Assembly: GCA_012838355.1 (NCBI GenBank)
Contig: DUPJ01000092.1
Coordinates: 4,119-68,118 of the forward strand
Length of the DNA: 64,000 bases
DNA from: Clostridiaceae bacterium
GTDB lineage: Bacteria > Bacillota > Clostridia > Saccharofermentanales > DTU023
Direction of reading: 5' to 3'
Shown: positions 53,669-63,183 of the stretch, piece by piece
Numbering within the stretch: the stretch's first letter is position 1
How the letters are laid out: each line of letters begins with the position of its first letter
Made by a program: the position numbers and the translations under genes
The notes under the pieces: model-generated
What the model was told of the DNA's origin: nothing
Databases searched by the model: none
The model's input: only the letters and a program-made list of their open reading frames with translations

Positions 53669-55059
53669 ACTACAACTGGACCCCGCTCGTCGTTATCGGC
53701 ATTATCGCGGCGGCGATCATCGTCGCCAATATCATGCGCCGGCGCATTGGGTTTGTGCGGCGCGGACTTGTGCCGACTGCCGTTATCGCAGGATTTTTGC
53801 TTCTCATTTTGCGCTCGGTCGGCTGGCTGCGGATCGATGTTGTTTTTCTGGAACAGCTGACGTATCACGGCATCGCGATCGGATTCATTGCGATGGCGCT
53901 CCGCATCCAGAAACCTGAATCAAAGGCGGCTAAGTTCATCGGAGCAAAAAGCGGTGCGCTGATCGTCGCAACATATTTGATTCAAGCACTTTCGGGCCTC
54001 GCGATTACGATCATCTTATTCTTCACATTCATCCCGAAACTCTTTCCGGCAGCCGGTATTCTGCTGCCCATGGCCTTTGGACAGGGGCCGGGTCAGGCTA
54101 ACAATGTCGGTCAGTCGTATGAGTTGCTCGGATTTGTCGGCGGACGTTCCTTCGGGCTGGCGCTGGCCGCGTCCGGTTATCTTTGTGCCTGCATCGTCGG
54201 GGTCGTTTACCTGAATGTGCTCGCGAAAAAGCGGGGCATCAGCCGAAGGGATACGGACGAACTGGCGAGCAACACATCACTTGCATTTTATGAGGATAAA
54301 GGCGAGATTCCCATCGCCGAATCGATTGACAAATTTTCAATTCAGGTCGCGCTCGTCATCCTCTCGTACATGATTGCCTACGGGCTCACGCTCGGCGTGA
54401 CGTCCCTGCTGACACGTGTCGCTCCCGGCGTCGCCTCGCTGGTCAATTCTCTGCTCTGGGGTTTCAATTTTATAATCGGTTCGGTCATTGCCATGGGTGT
54501 GCGCGCGCTGCTCGGTTTCAGCTACAAGCACAACATTATCCGGCATCAATACCAGAACTCCTATTTGCTGAGCCGCATTGCCGGCGTATCCTTCGACGTC
54601 ATGATCGTGGCCGGCATCACCTCGATCGAGATCACTGAGCTGGCGGGGCTCTGGCTGCCCTTTACTTTGCTTTCGCTGGCAGGTGCTGCAACGACGTACT
54701 TTTACATCCGCATGGTGGCGCGCAAGATCTATCCCGATTACTTTGCCGAGGGCTTTGTTTCCATGTACGGCATGCTGACGGGGACGATAAGTTCCGGTGT
54801 TCTGCTTTTGAGAGAGATCGATCCGGATCTGTCCACACCGGCCGCCAACAACCTGATCGCGGGCACCAGCTACGGCATCATTTTCGGGGCACCGCTTCTG
54901 ATCATCATCAACCTGGCAGCCTCGTCGATACCCATGCTGTTTGTCTCGGTCGGCATCATAGCGGTCTATTTCTATCTGCTCCATCGCTTCGTCATGCGGT
55001 TCGACGGTGTGAATAAGAAAGCGGACAGCACGAAGGAGACGTCAGAAAACACGGACTGA
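53665..55059 (+). CDS. Polytopic membrane protein, GltS-like (sodium/glutamate symporter family) putative transporter
   Basis: 464 aa with about 10-12 hydrophobic segments. The N-terminal region and Gly-rich re-entrant-like segments (AFGQGPGQAN; YGMLTGTISSG) resemble E. coli GltS. There is an ATGA overlap with the acyltransferase stop, and GAGGTGA SD. Confidence 0.45.
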   Translation: MNYNWTPLVVIGIIAAAIIVANIMRRRIGFVRRGLVPTAVIAGFLLLILRSVGWLRIDVVFLEQLTYHGIAIGFIAMALRIQKPESKAAKFIGAKSGALIVATYLIQALSGLAITIILFFTFIPKLFPAAGILLPMAFGQGPGQANNVGQSYELLGFVGGRSFGLALAASGYLCACIVGVVYLNVLAKKRGISRRDTDELASNTSLAFYEDKGEIPIAESIDKFSIQVALVILSYMIAYGLTLGVTSLLTRVAPGVASLVNSLLWGFNFIIGSVIAMGVRALLGFSYKHNIIRHQYQNSYLLSRIAGVSFDVMIVAGITSIEITELAGLWLPFTLLSLAGAATTYFYIRMVARKIYPDYFAEGFVSMYGMLTGTISSGVLLLREIDPDLSTPAANNLIAGTSYGIIFGAPLLIIINLAASSIPMLFVSVGIIAVYFYLLHRFVMRFDGVNKKADSTKETSENTD

Positions 55060-55085
55060 CGGCCTGCGCCGCAGCCGAGTTGCTG

Positions 55086-55490
55086 CTAATCGCGCCTCGT
55101 CTTGAACCGGAGCAGATGAATCGTCACAGCTGTGCCGATCGCGATCAAGAGGAGGGCGAGAGGCAGGATTTGAGTCAGAACCATCGAGGTGATGAGGGCA
55201 ATCCAGAGCACGCTGATGGCAAAAGTTTTCCTTCCGATCGTGATGCCGAGATCTTTTCGGTACGCTTCGATGTACGGTCCGAACAGGCGGTTTCTCTCCA
55301 GCCGATCCACCCATTCCGGGCGCGATCCGGCAAAACAGCCGGCAGCCACGATCAGGAACGGAGTCGTTGGGATAATCGGCAGCAAGGCTCCGATGGCGGC
55401 AAATATTGTCGCGATGATTCCGCCGATCAAAAGCAGTGTGCGCTTTAAGCCGGGACGGAGACGGTCTGTTTTTTTTCGCGGCGAAGACAC
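55086..55490 (-). CDS. YbaN-family (DUF454) small inner-membrane protein
   Basis: LLLIGGIIATIFAAIGALLPIIPTTPFLIVAAGCFAGSRPEW...L..NR.FGPYI matches DUF454. Start is provisionally the in-frame GTG 55490. The upstream part of the tracked 206-aa ORF overlaps the SDR gene antisense and looks spurious. Confidence 0.6.
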   Translation of the reverse strand: MSSPRKKTDRLRPGLKRTLLLIGGIIATIFAAIGALLPIIPTTPFLIVAAGCFAGSRPEWVDRLERNRLFGPYIEAYRKDLGITIGRKTFAISVLWIALITSMVLTQILPLALLLIAIGTAVTIHLLRFKTRRD

Positions 55491-55542
55491 AACGTAAAGT
55501 ATGATGATAACTAAACGACCGTCAAGTACGGAGGTATCAATA

Positions 55543-56307
55543 GTGAAAATTGCAATCGTGACGGGGGCTTCCTCAGGCCTTGGCGTCGAGCTGGCGAAAC
55601 GGCTGGACCGGGAAACGGGCATTGACATCATCTGGCTCGTTGCCAGAAGGGAAGACCGGCTTTTGGAAACGGCAAAAACGCTGACCCTGCCAACCCGCAT
55701 CTTCATACTCGACCTGACTGAGCCGGATGCGATTCGGCAGCTTGCAGCCTCGCTTTTGCCTGACGATCAGGTCGTTTGGCTTGTCAATAACGCGGGCATG
55801 GGCATTGCAGGCCCGTTTCGGGATCACACGAGCGACGATGTGCGCCTCATGATGCGTCTGAACAACGAAGTGCCGCTCATGCTGACCAGCTCACTGGCGC
55901 CGTTCCTGCGCGAGAAATCGCGCATTTTGAACGTGGCCTCGGTTGCCGGCTTTCTGCCTCAGCCCGGGTTCGCCGTCTACGCCGCGACAAAAGCCATGCT
56001 CATCTCATTCTCTCGTGCACTCAATCAGGAAATGCGCGATCGCGGTATCACGGTGACGACCTGCTGTCCCAATCCGATGGAAACGGAATTTTTTCTGCCG
56101 AGCCAGGCAAACGGACTGAGCATGTCGGGTGTCAAGCGAATCGGGCTGGAATCGCCGCTGCGTGTTGCCGATCTGGCAGTAAATGCCGCAAAAAAAGGAC
56201 GGGATATGTCGGTATCCCACCCTTTTGCAAAAATCATCCGTGTGGCCGCGAAGGTATTGCCGGCATCCGTCTTGTTCTGGTTTATGCGACGCGCCGGGAT
56301 TCACTAA
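55543..56307 (+). CDS. Short-chain dehydrogenase/reductase (SDR) family oxidoreductase
   Basis: TGASSGLG cofactor motif, NNAG, and the catalytic S...YAATK are present. GGAGG lies 8 nt before GTG 55543. Confidence 0.85.
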   Translation: MKIAIVTGASSGLGVELAKRLDRETGIDIIWLVARREDRLLETAKTLTLPTRIFILDLTEPDAIRQLAASLLPDDQVVWLVNNAGMGIAGPFRDHTSDDVRLMMRLNNEVPLMLTSSLAPFLREKSRILNVASVAGFLPQPGFAVYAATKAMLISFSRALNQEMRDRGITVTTCCPNPMETEFFLPSQANGLSMSGVKRIGLESPLRVADLAVNAAKKGRDMSVSHPFAKIIRVAAKVLPASVLFWFMRRAGIH

Positions 56308-57176
56308 AATTCGCGGACATTTTTGGCTTTCACATTCTTCTTGTCTTCGCCGTTCTTCTTTTCTTCGCGAATGCGCACATAAATGTGCTTGGACTGGCCG
56401 CTGCCGCCGCTGTCGCGCACGTCGACCTCATACGTTCCGATACTTTGAATCAGAGGCGTGAGGCGAGAAAAGCCGTAGTTCCGCGCGTCGAATGACGGCT
56501 GCTTTTTCATCATCAGGTTGCCGACTTCAGCCAGAAAAGCCCAGCCGTTGTCATCCTGGACGTCTTCGATTGAAGAGGAAATCAGCGAAATAAGGTCGTC
56601 GTCAATTTTGCGAATTGCCGGCGATTCCGGTTCAACGGCCTTGGTTTTTGTTCTGCTCTTGTCCGGTGATGCCTTTTTCTTATCTGCGGCCGGATCCGGT
56701 TCATGAGTGGCCTTCGCCTTTTTCTGACCGCGAATGACCTCCTGGAAGATGAAACGGTCACAGGCCGATATGAAAGCATTCGGTGTTTTCTGTTCGCCGA
56801 TCCCGATGACCAGTTTGCCTGCTTCGCGAAGCCGCATGGCCAAACGCGTGAAATCACTGTCCGAAGAGACCAGGCAGTAGCCGTCGACACGTCCTTCAAA
56901 AAGGATGTCCATGGCGTCAATGATCATGGCGGAGTCAGTGGCGTTTTTGCCGGATGTGTAGGCAAACTGCTGCACCGGGCTGATCGCGTAATCGAGCAGA
57001 AGTGTCTTCCAGCTTCCGAGATTCGGTCTCGTCCAGTCGCCGTAAATGCGCTTGATGGTTGGATTGCCGTAACGGGCGATTTCCTCCATCATTGGCTGAA
57101 TATTGGTCGATGAAACATTGTCGGCGTCAATCAGGACTGCGAGACGAACCTCGCCGATATTTGCAGGTAAATCCAT
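56304..57176 (-). CDS. NYN (LabA-like) ribonuclease-domain protein with a C-terminal OST-HTH/LOTUS domain
   Basis: The NYN core is LAVLIDADN...KRIYGDW...GKNATDSAMIIDAMD...CLVSSDSDFTRLAMRLREAGKLVIG. A basic linker follows. The C-terminal segment WAFLAEVGNLMMKKQPSFDARNYGFSRLTPLI is typical of OST-HTH. Confidence 0.75.
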   Translation of the reverse strand: MDLPANIGEVRLAVLIDADNVSSTNIQPMMEEIARYGNPTIKRIYGDWTRPNLGSWKTLLLDYAISPVQQFAYTSGKNATDSAMIIDAMDILFEGRVDGYCLVSSDSDFTRLAMRLREAGKLVIGIGEQKTPNAFISACDRFIFQEVIRGQKKAKATHEPDPAADKKKASPDKSRTKTKAVEPESPAIRKIDDDLISLISSSIEDVQDDNGWAFLAEVGNLMMKKQPSFDARNYGFSRLTPLIQSIGTYEVDVRDSGGSGQSKHIYVRIREEKKNGEDKKNVKAKNVREF

Positions 57177-57269
57177 GTGTATTCCTTTCGGGATGGCGAA
57201 CATCCGCATTTATTATACAAGCAAACGCGTAACAGCGGTGCATAGAGTGTGATGCGTTCCTCCAAACGG

Positions 57270-57298
57270 TTGAACGCGGCCGCCGCATGAACGATAAT
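57270..57298 (+). promoter_or_regulatory. Sigma-A promoter upstream of pfkA (TTGAAC-17-GATAAT)
   Basis: -35 at 57270-57275 and -10 at 57293-57298. TAGGAGG SD lies before ATG 57329. Confidence 0.55.
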
Positions 57299-57328
57299 AT
57301 AGCCAGCATAGCGCATTAGGAGGCTGAT

Positions 57329-58423
57329 ATGGCATTGCGGGTAGGCATATTGACGAGTGGCGGCGATTGTCAGGGGTTAAATCCTGCGATGCGAGGTGTG
57401 GCCAAGGCACTTTACGAAGCCGATGCGAGCAACGAGATAATCGGTTTTCTGAACGGGTATGAGGGACTCATGACCGGTCGTTCAAAGAAAATGCGGGAAA
57501 CGGATTTTTCCGGGATACTGACGCGCGGCGGTACCATTCTCGGTACGAGCCGGCAGCCGTTCAAACTCATGAAGGAGCCGCTCGACGCAAACCATCCTGA
57601 AGGACCTTCGAAACTGGAAGCCATGATTGACACGTATCGCACGCAGTCGCTCGATGCGCTCGTCATACTGGGCGGCAACGGGACACATAAGACGGCACAT
57701 TTGCTGTCCGAAAACGGATTGAACGTGGTCACGCTGCCAAAAACGATCGACAACGATTTATGGGGGACCGAGCGTACCTTCGGCTTTCAAAGTGCGGTCG
57801 ACATCGCCACGCAGGTTATCGACGGCATTCATTCCACGGCGACGTCGCACGGGCGTGTATTCATCATTGAAATCATGGGTCACAAAGCCGGCTGGATGAC
57901 GCTCGAGGCCGGCATCGCCGGCGGCGCGGACGTTATCTTGATCCCCGAAATCCCGTACGATCCGCTTTATATCCTGAAAGCGCTGAACCGACGCGAGAGC
58001 AAGCACAAACGCTTCTCGATCATCGCGATTGCCGAGGGCGCGAAAACGATCGCGGAAGCGGCACTCGGCAAATCGGAACTGGAGTCCAAACGAAAAGCCA
58101 GCTGTCATCCTTCGGTGGCGTATGAACTGGCTGAAACGCTCGACTCAATGATGGTTCAGGAAGTGCGCTGCACCGTGCCGGGGCATTTTCAGCGTGGCGG
58201 TGAACCGTGTGCCTTTGACCGGGTACTGACGACGAGGCTGGGCGTGGCGGCGGCCAATGCTGTGATGAACGGCCACTTCGGCTGCATGATGGCCATCAGG
58301 CACGATAAGGTCGAGCCGATGCCGCTCGCTGACATTGCCGGCCGTCTCAAATACGTACCGCTTGACCATGAGTTGATTCAGGTGGCGCGCCAGACGGGTA
58401 TCAGCTTTGGCGACGCGGACTAG
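57329..58423 (+). CDS. pfkA: 6-phosphofructokinase (ATP-dependent type by the GGNG signature)
   Basis: Motifs GILTSGGDCQGLN, LVILGGNGT (Gly, not Asp, at the ATP/PPi discriminator position), PKTIDNDL, MGHKAG and GHFQRGG are present. Confidence 0.85.
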   Translation: MALRVGILTSGGDCQGLNPAMRGVAKALYEADASNEIIGFLNGYEGLMTGRSKKMRETDFSGILTRGGTILGTSRQPFKLMKEPLDANHPEGPSKLEAMIDTYRTQSLDALVILGGNGTHKTAHLLSENGLNVVTLPKTIDNDLWGTERTFGFQSAVDIATQVIDGIHSTATSHGRVFIIEIMGHKAGWMTLEAGIAGGADVILIPEIPYDPLYILKALNRRESKHKRFSIIAIAEGAKTIAEAALGKSELESKRKASCHPSVAYELAETLDSMMVQEVRCTVPGHFQRGGEPCAFDRVLTTRLGVAAANAVMNGHFGCMMAIRHDKVEPMPLADIAGRLKYVPLDHELIQVARQTGISFGDAD

Positions 58424-59972
58424 CAGCAAGGAAAAATCCCTGGCGGCTGCGATCGATGTGGGCTCACACGAAACGGTCATGCGTATCGCTGAGATGCATA
58501 TGGGCAAAGCTCCCATCGACATCGAGGTTGTGCATCGCACGCTTCCGCTCGGAAGCGACACCTATTCCGAAGGGCGAATCAGCCAGGCCTTGCTTGACCA
58601 GCTGATCAAAATACTGCAGTCATTCAAGCAGAAACTGGCTGAATACGGTGATATTCCGGTCGTTATCACGGCAACCTCCTCGTTCCGCGAGGCGTCGAAC
58701 GTGGCCTACGGGGTTGAACAGATTCGGCGCTGCACAGGATTTGAGATTGACGTTTTGCCGAACAGTATTGAAACGTCACTGCATCTGCTCGGTCTGGCGG
58801 CCACACTGCAGCATTATCGCGATGTGGTCAACGAGACGACACTGATCGTCGATATTCGAGCAGGCAGTATCCAGCTGTCCCTGTACGATCAGGGAACCCT
58901 GATCAATTCTCTGAACTTTCGCATCGGTGCGCTGCGCGTCCGCGAGCTGCTGGGCGACCTCGAACGGCAGGCGATCGACTATTCGGCGCTGCTTGCCGAA
59001 TTTATCGGCGGGGATCTGACCTATTACACAACGCTCGGGCCGAAACGGACGACATACAAGCATGTCATTGTCATCGGGGGAAACGTGCGCTTTATGCGCC
59101 ATCTTCTGAAAATGGAACCGGCTGAAAGCAGCGTCGATGTTTCAGCATTCAAGGAAATGTATGCGCACCTCGCGGACCGCAATGAAACGGTACCGCGCTT
59201 TGCTGACATACCGGATGAACACCGGACACTTCTTTTGCCCACAGCGATTATTGTCGATGAAGTTGTGCGGCATGCCGGGGTCGACACGATCATCATGCCC
59301 AAATTCTCGCTTTCATCCTGTCTCCTTCATGACATTGCTGTGCGCCGTTTCAAACTGAAAGTACCCTACGACATGGAAGCCGACCTGATCTCATCAGCGC
59401 GACAGGTGGCGCGCCGCTACCGGACGGACAAGCGACATGCCATGCGTGTTGAAACTCTGGCGCTGACACTTTTCGATCTGACAAAAAAGATGCACGGGCT
59501 GAAGAAGGAAGAACGGCTCTGTCTCCAGCTGGCGGCGATTCTCCACAATGTCGGCAAGTACATTGCCATTCAGGACGACGGCTCAGGTACGCTTGCTGTT
59601 TTGTCCGCGACAGAATTCATCGGTCTGACGCCGGAACGAAAGCAGCTGGTGTCGTTGCTCGCCTGTTTTCACAACGGCCACGTGTCCATTTCCGAATATC
59701 ATGTCAGGCAGCTGCCGGAACCGATGCGGCTCGTCCTGATGAAACTTATTGCCATCCTGTGCGTGGCGAACGCGCTCGATGCAGGACATGCAGGGAAGAT
59801 ACAGCTGATTCGGGCCAAACAGACGGAACGCGGTCTTGCTCTGACTTACGAAGCCTCGGCCGACGAAACGCTGGAACGCTGGCACTTCAAAAAACACAGT
59901 CCTTTTTTTCTGAACGTATTCGGTGTTGAGCCGTACCTGGTGAAGCGTCAGGCGCGGGAGACTGAAGCCTGA
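58407..59972 (+). CDS. ppx: Ppx/GppA-family exopolyphosphatase
   Basis: An ASKHA-fold N-terminus (AAIDVGSHETVMRIAE) and an HD-like C-terminal domain (LAAILHNVGKYI) are present. The start is tentative at TTG 58407, overlapping the pfkA stop. Confidence 0.8.
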   Translation: MATRTSSKEKSLAAAIDVGSHETVMRIAEMHMGKAPIDIEVVHRTLPLGSDTYSEGRISQALLDQLIKILQSFKQKLAEYGDIPVVITATSSFREASNVAYGVEQIRRCTGFEIDVLPNSIETSLHLLGLAATLQHYRDVVNETTLIVDIRAGSIQLSLYDQGTLINSLNFRIGALRVRELLGDLERQAIDYSALLAEFIGGDLTYYTTLGPKRTTYKHVIVIGGNVRFMRHLLKMEPAESSVDVSAFKEMYAHLADRNETVPRFADIPDEHRTLLLPTAIIVDEVVRHAGVDTIIMPKFSLSSCLLHDIAVRRFKLKVPYDMEADLISSARQVARRYRTDKRHAMRVETLALTLFDLTKKMHGLKKEERLCLQLAAILHNVGKYIAIQDDGSGTLAVLSATEFIGLTPERKQLVSLLACFHNGHVSISEYHVRQLPEPMRLVLMKLIAILCVANALDAGHAGKIQLIRAKQTERGLALTYEASADETLERWHFKKHSPFFLNVFGVEPYLVKRQARETEA

Positions 59973-62224
59973 TGGATTACACGCGGCTGTATAGCGACAA
60001 GCTCCATTTTTTTGCAGGATTGGCCACCGAAGAGCCGAGGGACGAATTTATGCCGCTCGACGGGCGATCGGTTTACCTCAATCGCGAATTGTCGTGGCTG
60101 GAATTCAACAAGCGAGTGCTGGAGGAGGCAAGAGATCCTGATAATCCGCTTGCCGAGCGGCTTAACTTTCTCTCGATCGTTAGTTCAAATCTTGATGAGT
60201 TCTTTATGATCCGGGTTGCAGCTCTGCATGATCAGGTGCAGGTTGGCTTCAGGCAAAAGGATCCGTCGGGGCTGACGCCGGCCGCGCAGCTCGATGCGAT
60301 GTCCGAGATGACACATGAGATGGTCAAGCGCCAGTACTCGACGTTCAACCGAGCGCTGATACCGGCGCTGGAAAAGGAGAATGTGCGGCTGCTTCGGCCG
60401 GATCAGCTGGATGCGCGGCAGCTGGAACACCTGTCACGCTTGTTTGACGAGGAAATTTTTCCCGTTTTGACTCCGATGGCTATCGATGCCAGCCATCCGT
60501 TTCCACTGATCGCCAACCGGACCATCAACCTGATCGTTCGCATTGATTCGGATGAACCGGTAAAACCGGCCGGCAAAAAAACAAAAAAACAAAAACCGGA
60601 CTACAAGTTTGCCGTCGTGCAGATTCCGAATGTGCTGTCGCGTATCGAGCGCCTGCCGTCCGCCCCGGACGAATCGGCCTTCATTCTCCTCGAGGATATT
60701 GTTCGCATTCACCTCTCGAAATTATTCTCTGGAGTCCGCCTCGGCGCATCAGCCTGTTTTCGCATCATGCGCAACGCCGATCTTGATATCGACGAAGAGG
60801 AAGCGGCTGACCTGTTGAGTGAAATTGAATCCCAGCTGAAGCAGAGACAATGGGGAGAGGTGATCCGGCTTGAAGCGGAGCGCGGCCTTGACGCTCAGAT
60901 TCTCAGCTTCCTGATGCGATCGTTCGGCATCACTGAGAAGGCCGTATACGAAATTCGCGGTCCGCTCGACCTGACATTTGCCGGGCGTCTGCGCAAAGCG
61001 CTCGTCAAACCGGAACATTTCTATGAACCGTTTGCACCGCAGCCGAATCCGCACCTGTCTGCGGCCGCTGATCTGTTCGCGGTGCTGCGCGAGCGCGACG
61101 TGTTTCTGCATCATCCGTACGAATCGTTCGATCCCGTGGTCCGGCTGATTCAGACAGCGGCGCACGATCCGGAAGTGCTGGCGATCAAGCAGACGCTGTA
61201 TCGGGTCAGCGGCACCTCCCCGATCATTCAGGCACTCGCCCAGGCTGCGGAAAACGGGAAACAGGTCTTCGTTCTGGTCGAACTGAAGGCGCGCTTCGAC
61301 GAGGAAAACAACATCGTCTGGGCGAAGCGGCTGGAGAAAGCCGGCTGCCATGTTATTTACGGCCTTATGGGTTTGAAGACGCACAGCAAAATCACGCTGA
61401 TCGTGCGGCGTGAAGGAGGCGGCATCCGGCGCTATGTTCATCTTGGAACCGGCAACTATAATGACATCACAGCCAAAATCTATACGGACATGGCCATTCT
61501 CACGTCGCGGGAAGCCTACGGACGGGATGCCACCGATTTCTTCAACATGATTTCGGGATACTCGCTGCCGCTTCACCTGCGCCGGATCGTGACAGCTCCG
61601 CGCTGGCTGAAAAACGATACACTGGAAAAGATCAGGCGGGAAACGGCGCATGCGCGAAACGGGAAGGCGGCCGGCATCATTGCGAAAGTCAATGCTCTGG
61701 TCGATACGGATATCATTGATGCACTTTACGAAGCATCGGCCGCAGGCGTCTCAATCGACCTGATCGTGCGCGGCATCTGCTGCCTTAGACCCGGCATTAA
61801 AGATCTCTCGGAACACATCCGCGTACGGAGTCTGATCGGCCGTTATCTGGAGCACTCGCGCATTTTTTACTACTACAATGACGGCAATGAAGAGATTTAC
61901 CTGTCGTCTGCTGACTGGATGCCGCGAAATCTGGAGCGGCGGATAGAAATACTGTTTCCCGTTGAGGACCAGGAAGCGAGAAACCGCGTGAAGCGTGTAC
62001 TGGAAGTTGAACTCCTCGATACGGACCGCGCCTGGCTGATGCACGCGAACGGCAGTTATGCAAAGGTTGACCGGCGCCGGTTTCCGGCGATGGACAGTCA
62101 GAATCAGCTGATGGAGGACGCGCTTTTTGCGGCTGGGGTAAAGCAGAATGCTCCCTATGAGATGGACCGTTATATTCCGCGCACCACAGCAGATCACGAA
62201 AAGTATGATTCTTCGATAGAATAG
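59972..62224 (+). CDS. ppk1: Polyphosphate kinase 1
   Basis: 750 aa, with YLNRELSWLEFNKRVLEEA, the phospho-His region GLKTHSKITLIVRRE and two PLD-like HKD-type segments. TGATG overlaps the ppx stop. Confidence 0.95.
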   Translation: MDYTRLYSDKLHFFAGLATEEPRDEFMPLDGRSVYLNRELSWLEFNKRVLEEARDPDNPLAERLNFLSIVSSNLDEFFMIRVAALHDQVQVGFRQKDPSGLTPAAQLDAMSEMTHEMVKRQYSTFNRALIPALEKENVRLLRPDQLDARQLEHLSRLFDEEIFPVLTPMAIDASHPFPLIANRTINLIVRIDSDEPVKPAGKKTKKQKPDYKFAVVQIPNVLSRIERLPSAPDESAFILLEDIVRIHLSKLFSGVRLGASACFRIMRNADLDIDEEEAADLLSEIESQLKQRQWGEVIRLEAERGLDAQILSFLMRSFGITEKAVYEIRGPLDLTFAGRLRKALVKPEHFYEPFAPQPNPHLSAAADLFAVLRERDVFLHHPYESFDPVVRLIQTAAHDPEVLAIKQTLYRVSGTSPIIQALAQAAENGKQVFVLVELKARFDEENNIVWAKRLEKAGCHVIYGLMGLKTHSKITLIVRREGGGIRRYVHLGTGNYNDITAKIYTDMAILTSREAYGRDATDFFNMISGYSLPLHLRRIVTAPRWLKNDTLEKIRRETAHARNGKAAGIIAKVNALVDTDIIDALYEASAAGVSIDLIVRGICCLRPGIKDLSEHIRVRSLIGRYLEHSRIFYYYNDGNEEIYLSSADWMPRNLERRIEILFPVEDQEARNRVKRVLEVELLDTDRAWLMHANGSYAKVDRRRFPAMDSQNQLMEDALFAAGVKQNAPYEMDRYIPRTTADHEKYDSSIE

Positions 62225-62253
62225 AACACAGGAAAGACAAAAAGGAGCCTGAC

Positions 62254-63183
62254 ATGCACACAAAAAAACCAACACTTCTGATCATGGCGGCCGGTATGGG
62301 ATCGCGCTATGGAGGCCTGAAGCAGATCGACCCGATCGGACCGAGTGGCGAGATCATCATGGATTATTCTCTTTGGGACGCCCGAAAAGCCGGCTTTGAG
62401 CGCGTTGTTTTCGTCATAAAGGAAGAATTTGCGGATATGTTTGACGAGACAATCGGTCGCCGGATCAAGCCGTACATGGAAGTCATATACGCCTTCCAGC
62501 GTCAGGACGATCTCCCTTACGGATATGAAGTGCCGGAGGGACGCGTCAAACCGTGGGGCACGGGGCACGCCGTTCTGGCCGCCAGAGATGTGCTGGACGG
62601 ACCGTTTGCCTGTCTCAATGCCGACGATTATTACGGGCCTGAAAGTTTTGCAAAAATATATGCTTATTTGACGGAGGAACAAGAACCCGGCAAGGCGGCC
62701 ATGTGCGTATGGCAGCTGAACAACACGACGTCGCCCCACGGGCATGTCGCCCGCGGGATCTGTGAAATAGATGCCGGCCACAATCTGATGCGCATCGTCG
62801 AACGAAAGAAAATCAAAAGAGACGGCGATCAGGCGAGTTTCACGGAAGATGACGGCGCGACCTGGCAGCCGCTTGCCGGCAGCAGTCCCGTGTCCATGAA
62901 CTTCTGGGGGTTCGGGGCCGAGATGGTCGGCCTTTTGACCCACGGCATGGTTGATTTTCTCGATATCACGCTGCAGACGAACCCGCTTATGGGCGAATTT
63001 CTGCTGCCGACGTTTGTCGATTCGCTGATACAAAGCGGACAGCTGACCGTGAGGACAATACCGGTCAAAGACCGCTGGTTCGGCGTTACCTACCGGGAAG
63101 ACAAAGAAAGCGTGATGAGAGCCGTTGCTGATTTGCATGCGTCCGGCCAGTATCCGACGCCGCTTTGGTCCCATGAATCCTGA
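62254..63183 (+). CDS. Sugar-phosphate nucleotidyltransferase family protein
   Basis: The N-terminal NTP-transferase signature is LLIMAAGMGSRYGGLKQ, with a GT-A-like fold pattern (WGTGHAVLAA, NADDYY). The substrate is unknown. Confidence 0.7.
   Translation: MHTKKPTLLIMAAGMGSRYGGLKQIDPIGPSGEIIMDYSLWDARKAGFERVVFVIKEEFADMFDETIGRRIKPYMEVIYAFQRQDDLPYGYEVPEGRVKPWGTGHAVLAARDVLDGPFACLNADDYYGPESFAKIYAYLTEEQEPGKAAMCVWQLNNTTSPHGHVARGICEIDAGHNLMRIVERKKIKRDGDQASFTEDDGATWQPLAGSSPVSMNFWGFGAEMVGLLTHGMVDFLDITLQTNPLMGEFLLPTFVDSLIQSGQLTVRTIPVKDRWFGVTYREDKESVMRAVADLHASGQYPTPLWSHES

Noticed and set aside
55491-55706. An N-terminal extension of the YbaN-like ORF that overlaps the SDR gene start on the opposite strand.
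   Set aside because: DUF454 proteins are about 120-135 aa. The extension has no membrane or conserved features and overlaps the SDR ribosome-binding region. It is probably non-coding, although the true start (GTG 55490) is itself uncertain.
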